A stretch of DNA of 64,000 nucleotides from Antedon mediterranea (lineage: Eukaryota; Animalia; Echinodermata): NCBI RefSeq assembly GCF_964355755.1, contig NC_092673.1, positions 14,480,948 to 14,544,947 on the forward strand. The letters are read 5' to 3'. Made by a program: the position numbers and the translations under genes. Below, one piece after another: positions 1 through 12,724 of the stretch (positions within the stretch are counted from its first letter, which is position 1; every line of letters starts with the position of its first letter). Below the pieces are notes generated by a model. That model ran no database searches. It was not told the origin of the DNA and worked only from the letters and a program-made list of their open reading frames with translations.

Positions 1-519
1 CAAATACTAACCATGATTGATATTGATAACTTTATTGAAAACACATTAAATCGACTATAAATGATACTGGTATCTTTCTGACGTTCACGAAAGTTTGATA
101 ACCTCCCGCAAACAAATTTTCAATCTTCCGTGGTTTAGAAAACGACGTCTGCTAACACTGGGGGCGCTTCACTTTTTCTAAAATATTATCATAGGTTGAA
201 ACAGCTGTGTGATAATATTTCAATAAAAAGAATTACAGAATGTGTATTTTAATAATAGATAAAGGAAGACAGAGTTTAACAAAACAAAGAGTACTATAAA
301 TCAAATAAAACACCAAGGTAGCACCCAAACCAGGGTATGGGTTACAAAATATGTGTGTGTACCCCTGTTTACATCAGTGAATTCTTGATATTTTGAATAC
401 AATAAATACAGAGAAAGAGGTCTACGAGTTATGTAATGATTGTGACATATTTTACAAATTTAAATTGATGTTCGTATCAAATTTTTGTTACAGTATAATA
501 TTGCTGTCAACAAACCTTG

Positions 520-2716
520 TACCTAAGTTCACCACCTCCCACACTTTCAAGCTTTCACCAGAAAGTGAAGTCCGCAAAACAATGATTTAGTTTAGCTAAT
601 TTAACCTGTTCCCCTTCATTTAACCTATCCCACCCATTAATGACATTGGGCAACACCCCTTCCCTATACTTCTATTAAACTTATACTGTGTTGCGCACCT
701 ATCACTTATCACATTCTTAGCACTAGCAACTATCCTCTCTGCCATTATCCATCTGTGCTCACCAACTTATCAAAAATGTCTTTCAGCACATCCACAGCTG
801 ATTCAGCTAACCGGAGGCTGTTTCCTTTACCCCAAAGTAGTGCTTTGTTGTTAAGATTTACATCATAAGCAAGGTAATGATGTCCAAATTTTGTTGTGCC
901 ATCACTGCACAAAGTGGTGTTAGAACTACCACCATCAATCAAAAGTTCATCTATAATATGTAAATGAGCAAGACCTCCGGCTTCAAGAAACATATCACTT
1001 GCAAACGATTTTTTTGGCAAGCGAGTAGCCGCCACCCCTTCCATTTTTTAAGGATCATTCGCACATTTGCTTCCACATTACGGATGCCTATACCTAGTTT
1101 AAAGAGATCTACATATACATACCTTACATTATTTGTGTATTTACCCTCCTGAAAAGTTTCTAATTTATGGTCAACTGTGACCCTATTTAAACTTTCCTCT
1201 AACTCTAATCTGGTGTTCTCTAGTTATTTTAAGTCCCTGTCACAATATTACTGCCCGACACAAACACAAACTAGTAATAATATGTTTAAATGATTTAATA
1301 GTTCAAAATACAGTTTGTTTAAAACGGATATATTCAATGCACAACAACAGTCCACGTGACTCTGTCCGTGTACTTCGGCACTCACAATCATTTGTTCCAC
1401 AGTGTTCCAGTACTGCAATGATCACTAGAAGACTACTACTACATTTAGCTACCTTTTATTTACGTACTCTGAATAATGTGCCTTAGCTAAGGTGTACAGC
1501 AACATTCTTAGCCCACATCTATTCTATACGACCAGTACTGTGCAACTACTAATCTATCCTGCTAATTAGCATAACAAGTGATACCGTGTGTGCAAGTGAG
1601 CATCCAATCAGAGGCTGCCACTTGTTGCATACATAAAGATAAAGAATGTTCTGCACTAATTAACTTCTATTGTATTGTAAAAGATCGTAACGTAAAAAAC
1701 ATAAATTTAACTTATCTTGTGACAGTCCCTTATCAAGGATAAGGTTAGATTTTTTCCTCTACTTATTACGTTGTGACTGTAGTGATTTAATTTTAGTACA
1801 CTGAAGGTGTATGACATCTTATTTTGCTTATTTAGTGTTAATGCTTGCATGTCAGAAAAGTCTAAGTAATAAGTTGCCTTTCCTTTTCAAGCAGGGTCCT
1901 ATCTTAAGCAATTCACTTAGCTTTGCTTTCATTGCCTCATTTTCTAAGTTAGATTTTAGTTCTTTAATTATTTTATTAGACTCTTGGTTTTGTTAGGTCA
2001 TCTATTTTAGTTTGTTTTTGGGTTTCCCTTCTTCGAGAATTTCTGATGTTTATATTATTATTAATCTTGCAACTTTCAGTGTACATTAATCTAATGTCTC
2101 CTAACTCTGTATACAACATACAGTATCTCTCTCCTTATCATTTCTCACCCTTTCTTTAACAGCAGCAACTCTCTTACTCCATGCTTCAACCTCTTGAAAT
2201 AATCTTGCATTATCTTCCTTATACACTTCCATTTCACCCAAAATATCAGAAAGGTCATTATTGTCATTGTCGGGTGAGGGTTCCACAATCTCCTTCTTTC
2301 TCACAACAAAGACCTCAAAAACATGTACTCTCTTTCCTCTTCTCACCCGACAATGGAGCAAGGTCTTTCAATAATGATGTAACACAATGACACATCATGC
2401 CATTGCTGTCAGATGCATCTTTGTCTTCATCGAAGAAAGTTGAAATTAATTTGAACATGTGAGTATACTTGTTACCACCCCGACCTCAACATTCTTCCTT
2501 TACTACCCTATACAAATCCAGGACCACCCCATTAGATAGGTTCTACACTAACCCTAGGTGCTTTACCTTTAATTACATTCATTATCAACTCTTTGGTAAG
2601 ATTTAAATTATTAATCTTTATTAGGATAGAAACAATGAACTACTTCATGTTCCTTATCACTAGATACTGATTTAAGAACTAGCCGTTTAAAGTTACGGTA
2701 TGCTGGCTTACCTAGC
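520..2716 (-). mobile_element. Degenerate hAT-like DDE DNA transposon, copy 1
   Basis: Minus-strand translation gives FQEGKYTNNVR...RLPKKSF...TTLCSDGTTKFGHHY (ORF 745-1044) and KNVISDRCATQ. The sequence is near-identical to 7845-10062 and 18390-19780, with frameshifts and deletions. Confidence 0.7.
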
Positions 2717-3669
2717 AATTACCCCATTCTCACAATCTAGCCTACCCATTCTCACAATCTAGCCTAACTAAGGCATCGAAGGCATGGTCAGATTACCCTG
2801 CAGTTCCCCTGAGCTTAAAAACCCTTTAATTAAATCTAGAATATTCCTAACTAAACCATACGTAACCCTATCTACGCCAACATACCAGTTATCTAATGCT
2901 TCCCTATGAGAATAAACTGTTAAATATCTAAAATCGACATTATTTTAATATTATTATTTATTTTATTTCTAGGCCTAACTGATTAATAGCACACGAAAAG
3001 GCAGGGATAACTTCCTTTGAGGTTTTTCCGTCTTTTTGTGCGCTTAACCAATCACAGCCATTCTTCAAAATTATTCAACCAGGAAAAATATAATGCGAGT
3101 GACATTATTGAAATTCAGGTTTAAAAAAAATATATATCATTTTTAACAAATGAAATAGTAATCTCTTGTTAATAATATATACAGTAGTACTGAATTATAT
3201 TATTTGCCCTGAGAATCTGATCAATTAGAAGCAAAACCATATTTCTAAAACATTGATTGAAGCATATTGAAGGAAATATAGGAGATGCTTCTAAATGATT
3301 TATTGTTTATATCCTAATTAATTCCGCATTAACAAACGAAACTCCCTATGCTACAACGTTACAATGTGCGTGCTGATCTTATCATTTCCGGCAGCCTCTG
3401 TTTATAGGCCGTCGTACCGCTGGCGAGAGTGAACATCTCGAACTTCTGTTAGCAGGTTTCCATGGTGTGGAGTAAACAAATCACAAACGATGTCTAAATA
3501 TGGTCATCATTGTGTGCATAGTAGCCAATTTTGGTTTTTTCGTTTTTTAACGAAATTTTTGTTATCCAACCAATTATCCAAACCACCCTATTTATGTCAT
3601 CAGAAATCGACTGAAACAACCTATTATACATGGCCCTTGGCGCCCCCCCCCCCCCCTGGGCCCCCAGCC

Positions 3670-4150
3670 TAATGTTCTCCAAAATGTCATCATCGAGTCC
3701 TGAAACCACATCCTCATCAAAAACTTTAATTCAGTAGATGTTACCTTCACTTTCTTTATGTTTTTTTGCCTTCTTTTCAGAAATGCACTTTCTGAGAGAT
3801 TTGTTCAGGCCTTTGCAAGCATCTTTGGTCTTGTACATCATTGCAAGCGAAACAGATTTCGATTCATAGATAGAAATGTAGTCCAATATCTTCGCAAAGG
3901 AGCGCAGGTAGTGCCTTAAAGTGGAGTCATGCAGCCAACTTCATTTGTAAATGGCTAACAGCATAAAACAATTGAAAAGAAGAGTACAATACACAAAAAT
4001 CAAATATTAAAATATGTAATATCTTCATTATAGTAATTTAGATCAAGTGATTCATGGTAGCTTCACCTGATAGCAGGCACAATAAATACATTAACCTTAC
4101 AATCTATAGCTGACATTTAAGATAACTTTTTATTTTAATGCTAAATGAAA
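3670..4150 (-). pseudogene. Internally deleted copy of the YR-MULE chimeric element
   Basis: 3670-3720 matches the MULE 3' part near 11120-11161 (DEDVVSG). It is joined directly to 3722-4150, which matches the YR exon and intron at 14085-14480. Confidence 0.8.
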
Positions 4151-4157
4151 TATGATT

Positions 4158-4750
4158 ATGTATGACTGTCCAGTTTTGTTTTGAGCTGTTCATTCCTTAT
4201 TACAATATTGCGGCACTTGTCAAGTGACAAGTCATCATCTTTTTCATTGCAAATTAAACAGTTATACAGTATACATATTGTTTACACATGAAATGCAAAA
4301 TATGTGTGCGCATTGTGTCAACGCTGCCATTAATTAAAATATTTAAGCACAATTTGCAGGAATAAATATCGGCTTCATCAAGGTTATCAATGACAAAGTT
4401 AGAATTAGGAGATTTGTCATCTAAATTGAATGGTTTTCATTTCTTCGGCCGATTGGCTGTTGTTGTTCACGAAAGAGGAAATATGTAATGCAAGTGGTTG
4501 AATGATGAAAAAAATTTAACTTTCAATCTACTATCTCTTGAACCCTGTGTATGTTATTAATAAAACACAAATTGCATAAATTTAGGATTTATGGTTTGCT
4601 GCTGTTTTAACTTGATTTCGCCTTTCATTTTCTACAATTTTCTTTCTACATACACAGTAAATTGCTTGCAAATGCAATGCAGTCAAATGAAAAGAATTAT
4701 CCATTTTATGATAGCGCGACCTAAACTTGCCAAATCACTGCAGCGCACAA
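4158..4750. repeat. Dispersed repeat shared with 26982-27720
   Basis: 4158-4243 matches 26982-27067 (atgtatgactgtccagttttg...), and 4480-4750 matches 27430-27720. Confidence 0.85.
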
Positions 4751-5009
4751 AAGACTGTCTACAGCACGGTCGTTTGTCGATCGCCTTCAAATGATGATGC
4801 TTTAAAGAAAAACTGATAAAGAAAAAAAGAATATTTAATCTCAATTGCCTTTTCAAACTAATTCCAATGAAATAATATAACCCAAAATAATAAAAGTATC
4901 AAACCAAATATTAAAATAGTCACATACCTTTGTTTTGGCCAACAATGAAATCGTTCACTGTATCGACCAAACAGTTTCTAACGGTGATAAATTTTCCCAG
5001 TTCTACTGT

Positions 5010-5830
5010 CTGCTTTTTCTTTAACGATGGTTGAATTTTGCATGTATCAACTCCCCACTTTGCTCAGCTAGAAGAAAATACCCACCATCCATTCTCTCAT
5101 AAATTCAATGGCAGGGTGTTCAAGCATCTTCAGGGATGATGATCGAGGAGATCAAAAGAAATCTGCTCTGTATCACTCAATTCCTGGAATTTACGGGAAT
5201 GTAATGGTATGATTTGATCTTTGAAAATTTTTTGAAATAGGAAAGGTGCGTGTCCCAGTTATAAACTGGGACAAAGGTGTTTCCCTTCTCATCCCCAACT
5301 AGTTGAGGAACATTTATACCTTCGTTGTGGAAATTTATACTACATCAGAAATATCGTTCAAACAGGAAACAGGTTCGTCTATATGAACAGGCCTAAACAC
5401 CAGTCTGGTCCAAATTTTGTATGACCTACAGGTAAAAAGGATATGTTATTTTTGTTTTGTTCTGCACAGTTGTCTGCATGAAGGTGGACATGATTTTCTT
5501 CCAGGCCATAGTTATTAAAATTATGTACTGTAAATAAACCGATAAAGGAGTGAGTAGTGGTAAAGGGGCAACTCACTACTTCATCTGTCAATTTAAATAA
5601 CTTGGCAGGGTAATCACTCTGCCGTGATACTAAATATATGGCATTTTGTGGGTTTTTAAAGTAAATAAGTCCGGGTTGAAAGAGGTTTGAAGGGTAGTGG
5701 ACTTGCTGGGCAAATCATAACCATTATGAAAGATTCTTGGTGAGTGGGGTCTTTTTTCATAATTTAGTGTAACTGAGATTGTTGGCATGCTGCTCTATAA
5801 ATGTCTGTCTCCTTCAGATGTCTTGAATTC
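5010..5830 (-). mobile_element. Sola-type (Sola1-like) DDD transposase relic
   Basis: Motifs FAQQVHYPSNLFQPGLIYFK, HLHADNCAEQNKNN and PVGHTKFGPDWCLGL (ORF 5379-5591), with deletions. Confidence 0.7.
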
Positions 5831-5899
5831 TCAGTTCTTAGGTTTGTCATGCTTGTGAAGGTTAATGAAAATAAAATTATTGATTATATTTATTTTAGG

Positions 5900-6670
5900 A
5901 CTGAATTTATTTTGAAAGTGATGAAATTGTTGTTTTTATGGCTTGTCCAGCAACAATTGTCGCCATAACCTTTGGAATGTTGATGGGGCGATTTGAAGTC
6001 CGGGAGCTGCTGCCCTGAAGGTTCTCCATACTGATGCCTTCGTCATTGAAGTCTCCAACAGTTTCACTTCTGCAGACTTTATTTCTGGTATTCGGCCTGG
6101 CTGCAAAATTTAACAGAAAACGAAAAAACAACTTTTTGAGGTTTTTCCCTTTCCTTCCACCTAGAATTAAATTCAGTTTCATCCGTGCTTCTCTTTCTTG
6201 CCTATCTAGCTCAAATTTCTGCTTTTCCAATTCTAACTGACCTTTTAATTTTAAATAATCGCTCACATTGTTGCCCCTATTCCCTTCATTTCCTTCTTCA
6301 TCAGGCTTTGGTGGTGCTCTAAACTCTCTTTTTCAACTTTTTATGCTTTTCTAATCATTCTCCTTTTCCATTTCAACCATAATTGACTATCTCTGTAAGT
6401 AAAACTTAGGATGCCCATGAGCTCCAGGAGGATCTTGAGGCATTGTTCCGGTGGTCATCCCTGACCCTGAAAGAGAACCCTTTTAAATTAATTGCGAGTA
6501 TATCACCAAGCCTCATTATTGTTTGCTGGTTGAACCAAAATTTCGGTATAATTCGCCCTATTCTCTCTCTCTCTCTCGATAACCTTGCACCGCGATAAAG
6601 TTTTTTTTTTTTTTTCTTCGCGACGAATCCTAAGCCTGCTAAGAGGAGGCTTAGAATCTTAGAATCACAC
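5900..6670 (-). mobile_element. Deleted PIF/Harbinger element (transposase N-terminus plus C-terminus of the Myb/SANT-like accessory protein)
   Basis: KFWFNQQTIMRLGDIL (HARBI1-like N-terminus) and DYLKLKGQLELEKQKFELDRQERE. The DNA matches 31600-32230. Confidence 0.65.
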
Positions 6671-6779
6671 CAATTACCGTACTGGAGAGAGAGTATCAAG
6701 AACTGCTAGCTCAATATATTTTTTCTAACTAAAACAATGAATAAAAAAAAAAAATAATACATGTACATACTGTAACTCA

Positions 6780-7320
6780 CCCAGATCTCCTTCCGATCAT
6801 AACGAACTGCAATTATTAAAATCCAATTCATATTCTCCAATCATTTGATCAGTAAACCGAACAATTGTCACGGCTTTTCCATCTGGAATATCCTCTATGT
6901 TAACAAACGATGTCCTTAACTACAAAAGGTTTAGTTGAAATGTAAAGGTCTAATTTTTAAGGCACAATAATATCTAAAATAAGTTAAAATAATTTGAAAA
7001 GGAAAACAACATTTAGTGGTTTCATCGACTTTAATATAACGACAAACGTTATCAATTGTTTTAAACTGCGATGTCTGTAGTTTTATCCATTAGAATGCCG
7101 AAGGCAATACTTTTCCTGATATCTCCAATTACTTTGTCAGAAATTACCTGCGTGATTGCAGTAAGAAATTCTTGTAGAGCCCTTTCTGATGTGTAGTGCA
7201 CATTCCCTCCCTAAACGTAAGAAGTAAAATTAATTTCTTGAAATACTAAAGCCTCTCTCGGTTTTATTTGCTTAATATTTTGAACAATGAGTTGAAGTTT
7301 TTATGACACTGTGTCTTTAA
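6780..7320 (-). mobile_element. hAT (ZNF862/ZMYM1-like) transposase fragment
   Basis: GGNVHYTSERALQEFLTAITQVISDKVIGDIRKSIAFGILMDKTTDIAV, then EDIPDGKAVTIV...VMIGRRSG followed by a GT donor. Confidence 0.75.
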
Positions 7321-7389
7321 ATTAATTATTGGAGCGGGGGAAAGCATTCACTTTCAGTCTTTTATCCTATTTAATAATACAAAAATATG

Positions 7390-7800
7390 TACCTCAATTA
7401 ATCCGAAACTGTCTGAACCCTTCAACAAATTTTCTTATATATTGCTTGGGGCATGTTGGCCAAACATTACGGCCATCAGCTTCTCACCAACAAGTGACAG
7501 TGTTGGTCCGTTTTGAATGAGGCATAGTCCTAAAAGTTCCAGTAGAAAAAACAATTCACTTTCACACTTTGTACCAGGACTAAAATTCAGTAAATCATAA
7601 AAAATATGATTATGAATGCAGTAATTATCATAAATGCAAAGTATACACTTACCCATTACTAAACCCATACAGTAGTACAAATTTATGTTGTTGAAAACAT
7701 CATTGATGATAAGCTCACCATTTTAATCATATACAGCCCGCTAACATCGCAGAAATTCCCTTCTAGGGCCTCCGAGATCAACTGCCTGTTCACCCAAGAA
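7390..7800 (-). pseudogene. HECT-type E3 ligase domain fragment (G2E3-like)
   Basis: LGEQAVDLGGPRREFL at ~7745-7800 matches the HECT GExxxDxGGxxREF motif. A downstream segment reads LCLIQNGP. Confidence 0.6.
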
Positions 7801-7844
7801 CTCCAACTCTAAATGAACAGTAAAGTTAGGAGTTAGGAGTTATT

Positions 7845-10062
7845 CTCTCTAACTTTCAAGCTTTCGTTAGCTTGATCGGCAAGACCCACCAGAAAGTGAA
7901 GGCCGCAAAACAATGATTTTGTTTAGCCAGTTTAACCTGTTCCCGTTTGTTTGACTTATCTCACCCAATAATGACATTGGGCAACACCCCTTCCCCTATG
8001 CTCCTATTAAACTTATGCTGTGTTGAGCACCTATCACTTACCACATTCTTAACACAAGCAACTATCCTCTCCACGCCTTATCTGCCATTATCCATCTGTG
8101 CTCACCAACTTATCCAAAATATCTTTCAGCACATCCACAGCCGATTCAGCTAACGAAGGCTGTTTCCTTTACCCCAAAGTAGTGCTTTGTTGTTAAGATT
8201 TACATCATAAGCAAGGTAATGATGTCCAAATTTTGTTGTCATCACTGCACAAAGTGGTGTTAGAACTACCACCATCAACCAACAGTTCATCTATAATATG
8301 TAAATGAGCAAGAGCTCCGGCTTCAAGAAACATCACTTGCAAACAATTTTTTGGCAAGCGAGTAGCCTTCATCCCTTCCATTTTTTAAGGACCATTCGCA
8401 CATTTGCTTCCACATTACGGATGCCTATACCTAGTTTAAGGAGATCTACATAATATACATCCCTTACATTATTTGTGTATTTACCCTCCTGAAAAGTTTC
8501 TAAGTTATGGTCAACTGTGACCCTATTTAAACTTTCCTCTAACTCTAATCTGGTGTTCTCTAGAACACTTATGTTAGCATTTAATTATTTTAAGTCCCTG
8601 TCATGATACTACTGCCCAACACAAACACAAACTAGTAATTTAATAGTCCAACAAATACAGTTCGTTACAAACGGATATATTATTGCACAATAACAGTCCA
8701 TGTGACTCTGTCCGTGTACTTTGGCGCTCACAAGGATTTGTTCCACAGTGTTTCAGTGCTGCAATGATCACTAGAAGACTTTATCTTTGACATGCCTCTA
8801 CACTACTTCTTTTACAAATAACTTTATACAGAGATCAGCTTCTCCTCTGACCATGGTTGTTCTTTCTCCACTTGGGCTTATTTGAGTGCACAACTTTAAT
8901 ACCTGTAGCATAAGCTACCTTTTATTTACGTACTCTGAATAATGTGCCTTAGCTAAGGTGTACAGCAACATTCTTAGCCCACATCTATTCTATATGACCA
9001 GTACTGTGCAACTAAACCCATGGTATAACATTCTATCCTGCTAATTAGCATAACAAGTGTTACCGTATGTGCAAGTGAGCATCCAATCGAGGTTGCCACT
9101 TGTTATATACATAAAGATAAAGAGTGTTCTGCACTAATTAACTTCTATTGTATTGTAAAAAGAACGTAACTGAAAAACATAAATTTAACTTATCTCGTGA
9201 CAGTCTCTTATCAAGGATATGGTTAGATTTTTTTCTTTACTTATTAGGTTGTGACTGTAGTGATTTAATTTTAGTACACTGAAGGTTATACATCTTCTAA
9301 TTTAGTTTGCTTATTTAATATTATGCTTGCATTTCAGAAAAGTCTAAGGAATAAGTTGCCTTTCTTTTTCAGGCAGTGTCCTTCCTATCTTCTTTAAGCC
9401 CTTCTTTGGGAATTTTTGAAGTTTAGATTATTATTAATCTCGCAATTTTCAGTGTACATTAATCTAATGTCTCCTAATTCTGTATACAACATACAGTATC
9501 TCTATCCTCATCATTTCCCACCCTTTCTTTAACAGCAGCAACTTTCTTACTCCATGCTTCAACCTCTTCAAATAATTTTGCATTATCTTCCTTACCCAAA
9601 ATCTCAGAAAGGTCATTACTGTCATTGTCGGGTGAGGGTTGCACAATCTCCTTCTTTCTCACAACAAAGACCTTAAAAACATGTACTCTCTTTCCTCTTC
9701 TCACCCGACAATGGAGCAAGGTCTTTCAATAATGATGTAACACAATGACACATCATGCCATCGCTGTCAGAAAGTTGAAATTAATTTGAACATGTGAGTA
9801 TACTTGTTACCACCTCGACCTCAACATTCCTCCTTTACTACCCTATACAAATCCAGGACCACCCCATTAGATAGGTTATCTACACTAACCCTAGGTGCTC
9901 CACCCTCCCCCTTTAATTACATTAATTATCAACTCTTTGGTAAGATTTAAATTACTCAAGAGTCTTTATTAGGATAGAAACAATGAACTACTTCATGTTC
10001 CTTCACTAGATACTGATTTAAGAACTAGCCATTTAAAGTTACGGTATGCTGGCTTACCTAGC
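7845..10062 (-). mobile_element. Degenerate hAT-like DDE DNA transposon, copy 2
   Basis: Colinear with 520-2716. ORF 9474-9719 is a paralogue of ORF 2101-2361, and the shared similarity ends at gctggcttacctagc. Confidence 0.7.
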
Positions 10063-10559
10063 GATTGCACAAGAGATGTCTTTTCTTCTCTTTGAGGAGC
10101 TCTTTTCAATGCCTTGTTTAAATGAAAAAATAGTTCATTCATTTATTTCATCAAATGCCATAAAAATAATACAGAGCATAAAATGAGGACCAACCTGGAA
10201 GTAAACTTGTCTCAGTTTGCCCTTTAACATGGTTACAAAAATAATAAGAACTAGTAAAAATAATGAAGCATCAGTAATATATAATACAATGAAGGGTTTA
10301 ATATTTAAATAAAAGAAAATTCTTTCTTAAATTGAAGAAAATGTTTGATTATTTTTATATTAATAGAAAGTTTGTTCCTTTGAGTGGGGCCTTAGCTGTT
10401 TTTGTGATGTGTTACATACAGTAGTGTATGTTTCAGTATATATGTAAATACTTCATGGTCAAGTTTAATAACTTCAGGAATTCTTATTGCCTCATCTTGG
10501 CAGTGTACCTGTCTTTTTTTAAATGGAAGGTCATTAAGCCTTTTCTTTTCCATTGGTAC

Positions 10560-12548
10560 TAGGTCTACATATTTACTGCAACGCCCGGAAATATCAACAA
10601 AAATAAATTACAAGCTATATTTAACTTATTCAACAAATTACCCGATGTACATGATAATTCTTGATGGCAATACGACTTACATTGAGATAACTTTCTCTTT
10701 GTGGCTTGATATTCGGAATTGGTACCTTTCTTCCCGGGGTCTGTAAACAAAAATATAGTAATCTAAAAGTTTGCACAATGTAGTATATGTATACAACTAA
10801 CATAATAATAATAACGTTTTATTACCCGTTCTTAAACCGCTGCTAATACCAAATGGTAGTTTTTTGCTCGACAACGGTTGGGTCTATTTGGGTGACAGGG
10901 ATGCCACTTTCCTTAGGCACCTCAGTCCAAATATTCACAGATTTCTTCTAGTTTCTGCTTTAATTTTGAAAGAATATCCACTGGCAGTGGAAGGTATGTC
11001 ATACTGTGGATCTTTCTAATTACTCCACGGATGCTCTCTGGTAGTGTCATATTTTTTTCACATGTTTTATAGGAAAAATCACTGTTTAGGCATATTGGTT
11101 CACACTCTTCCTCAATTACGGAAATGTCCTCCAAAATGTCCTGAAACCACATCCTCGTCAAGGGTGAATATCGGGTGATTCCTTTAATGAGCAGGAAGTA
11201 TGAGTGAAATCATAACAATTCATCCACATGATTGCAAGTGGTCATGATTTCCACGTTCTAGTGTGTAGGTTGACAATGATGATGAGAGGCTTGGCACTAT
11301 AAATGAACCTGGTGCTGTCTCCTTTAGAGAAGGGCTAACTTCTGCCTGGTCGGTCAGCCGCTTTCTACAGTGGTCTAAAAATGGCCTTTGTCAATTATGG
11401 AGGAATTTTGGAAGAAGTTCGTGGTACTTTCGATATGCGGACGAGGCAATGATATTGCTTCTGACATATCTGATTGGTAAAAAGGTTACATAACTAAATA
11501 AAGCAAAAAATAAATGGGAATTATATTAACAAAGTAATAAGGCATAACGGTCATTTCAAAGAATGATATACCTTCGCTGCATTTCTGGCAAATAATGTTT
11601 GATAACTGTCTTCAGCATACCAGTTAACGTACGGTCAGTATAAGTTCGTAGGTAATCATATTTTAATGTACGGTTTTGCCTTTCAACACCGTTGTTCGTG
11701 TTTACTTTCAAATTAAACCTGTTGACTCGATAACACCAAACCCACTTCTATAGCAGAAATTAAAATATAAACCGAAAACGTAAACATTGTACAAATGTAG
11801 TCAACCAGATAATAATGTAAAAATTATACAATGGGTAAAATATACTGCAGTTCAATTGTATACAATACTTTTCAAAAGGAAAACAAACAATATAGACACA
11901 CACACACACACAAAACTGGAATAATTTTGAATTTTGTAATGTTTTTTATATCACCGCATTAATTTGAATCTTAATTGATCTTACTAAATAAATTGTAAAT
12001 GTTTGCAGATTGTACGGTTATAAATAAAGTTGATTACCTACCTTTGAGTGTTTTAACCATACATTCCTAAATGCTATATTCGACTTCCAATAGGTGCTAG
12101 ACTGAAGCACTTATAATGCTACAGTCTCCAACCGTCCATCATTATCCTGATTTTCATTTATATTTAAATCTTAATTCAATTCTTGAAATTATGAAATGTA
12201 GGCTTAATTCCTACCTTGAAATGATTTTTTAATGGCTTTAATTTCACAGTTATCCACTATAAAATTCCAGTCCTTGAATTTACTCAAAGCCCTTGCAATT
12301 GTTTCGTGGTCTTCGTGTATAGTGGCAAAAACGCAGACGACACAATAGTCCAAATTTGTTTTTGCACACAATAAGAAAATCGGCACAGCGTGTCGAGTTG
12401 TTCTATATGTTGCGTCCAGAAGGCATACTTCCCCTTCGTAACATTTCAGAAGTTGCCCCTGAAACTTTGATTGGTAAATGAATAGAAAATCAGAATTGCC
12501 TGTCGTTGATGGTTCGAAATGGATGTTGTCATAAGTTTCATTTATATT
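10560..12548 (-). pseudogene. MULE (Mutator-like) DDE transposase with degenerate SWIM region, multi-exon
   Basis: Exons read FLFIYQSKFQGQLLKCYEGEVCLLDATYRTTRHAVPIFLLCAKTNLDY...FIVDNCE; LQSSTYWKSNIAFRNVWLKHSK; KWVWCYRVNRFNLKVNTNNGVERQNRTLKYDYL; YRKYHELLPKFLHN; HPIFTLDEDVV. Confidence 0.85.
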
Positions 12549-12724
12549 CTGAAAGAGTGTACATTAAAAAAAGTAAAATTTTAGTTAATAGATGCAATGT
12601 TTGTTTTCTTGTTGATTGCTAATTATTAAAGTGTTAGATATATTCTTTATATTATGTTATATTTCAATAATCGAATAAATATCTTTCGGGAGACAAACAT
12701 TTTAAACAGAAATTAAAATCTTAC

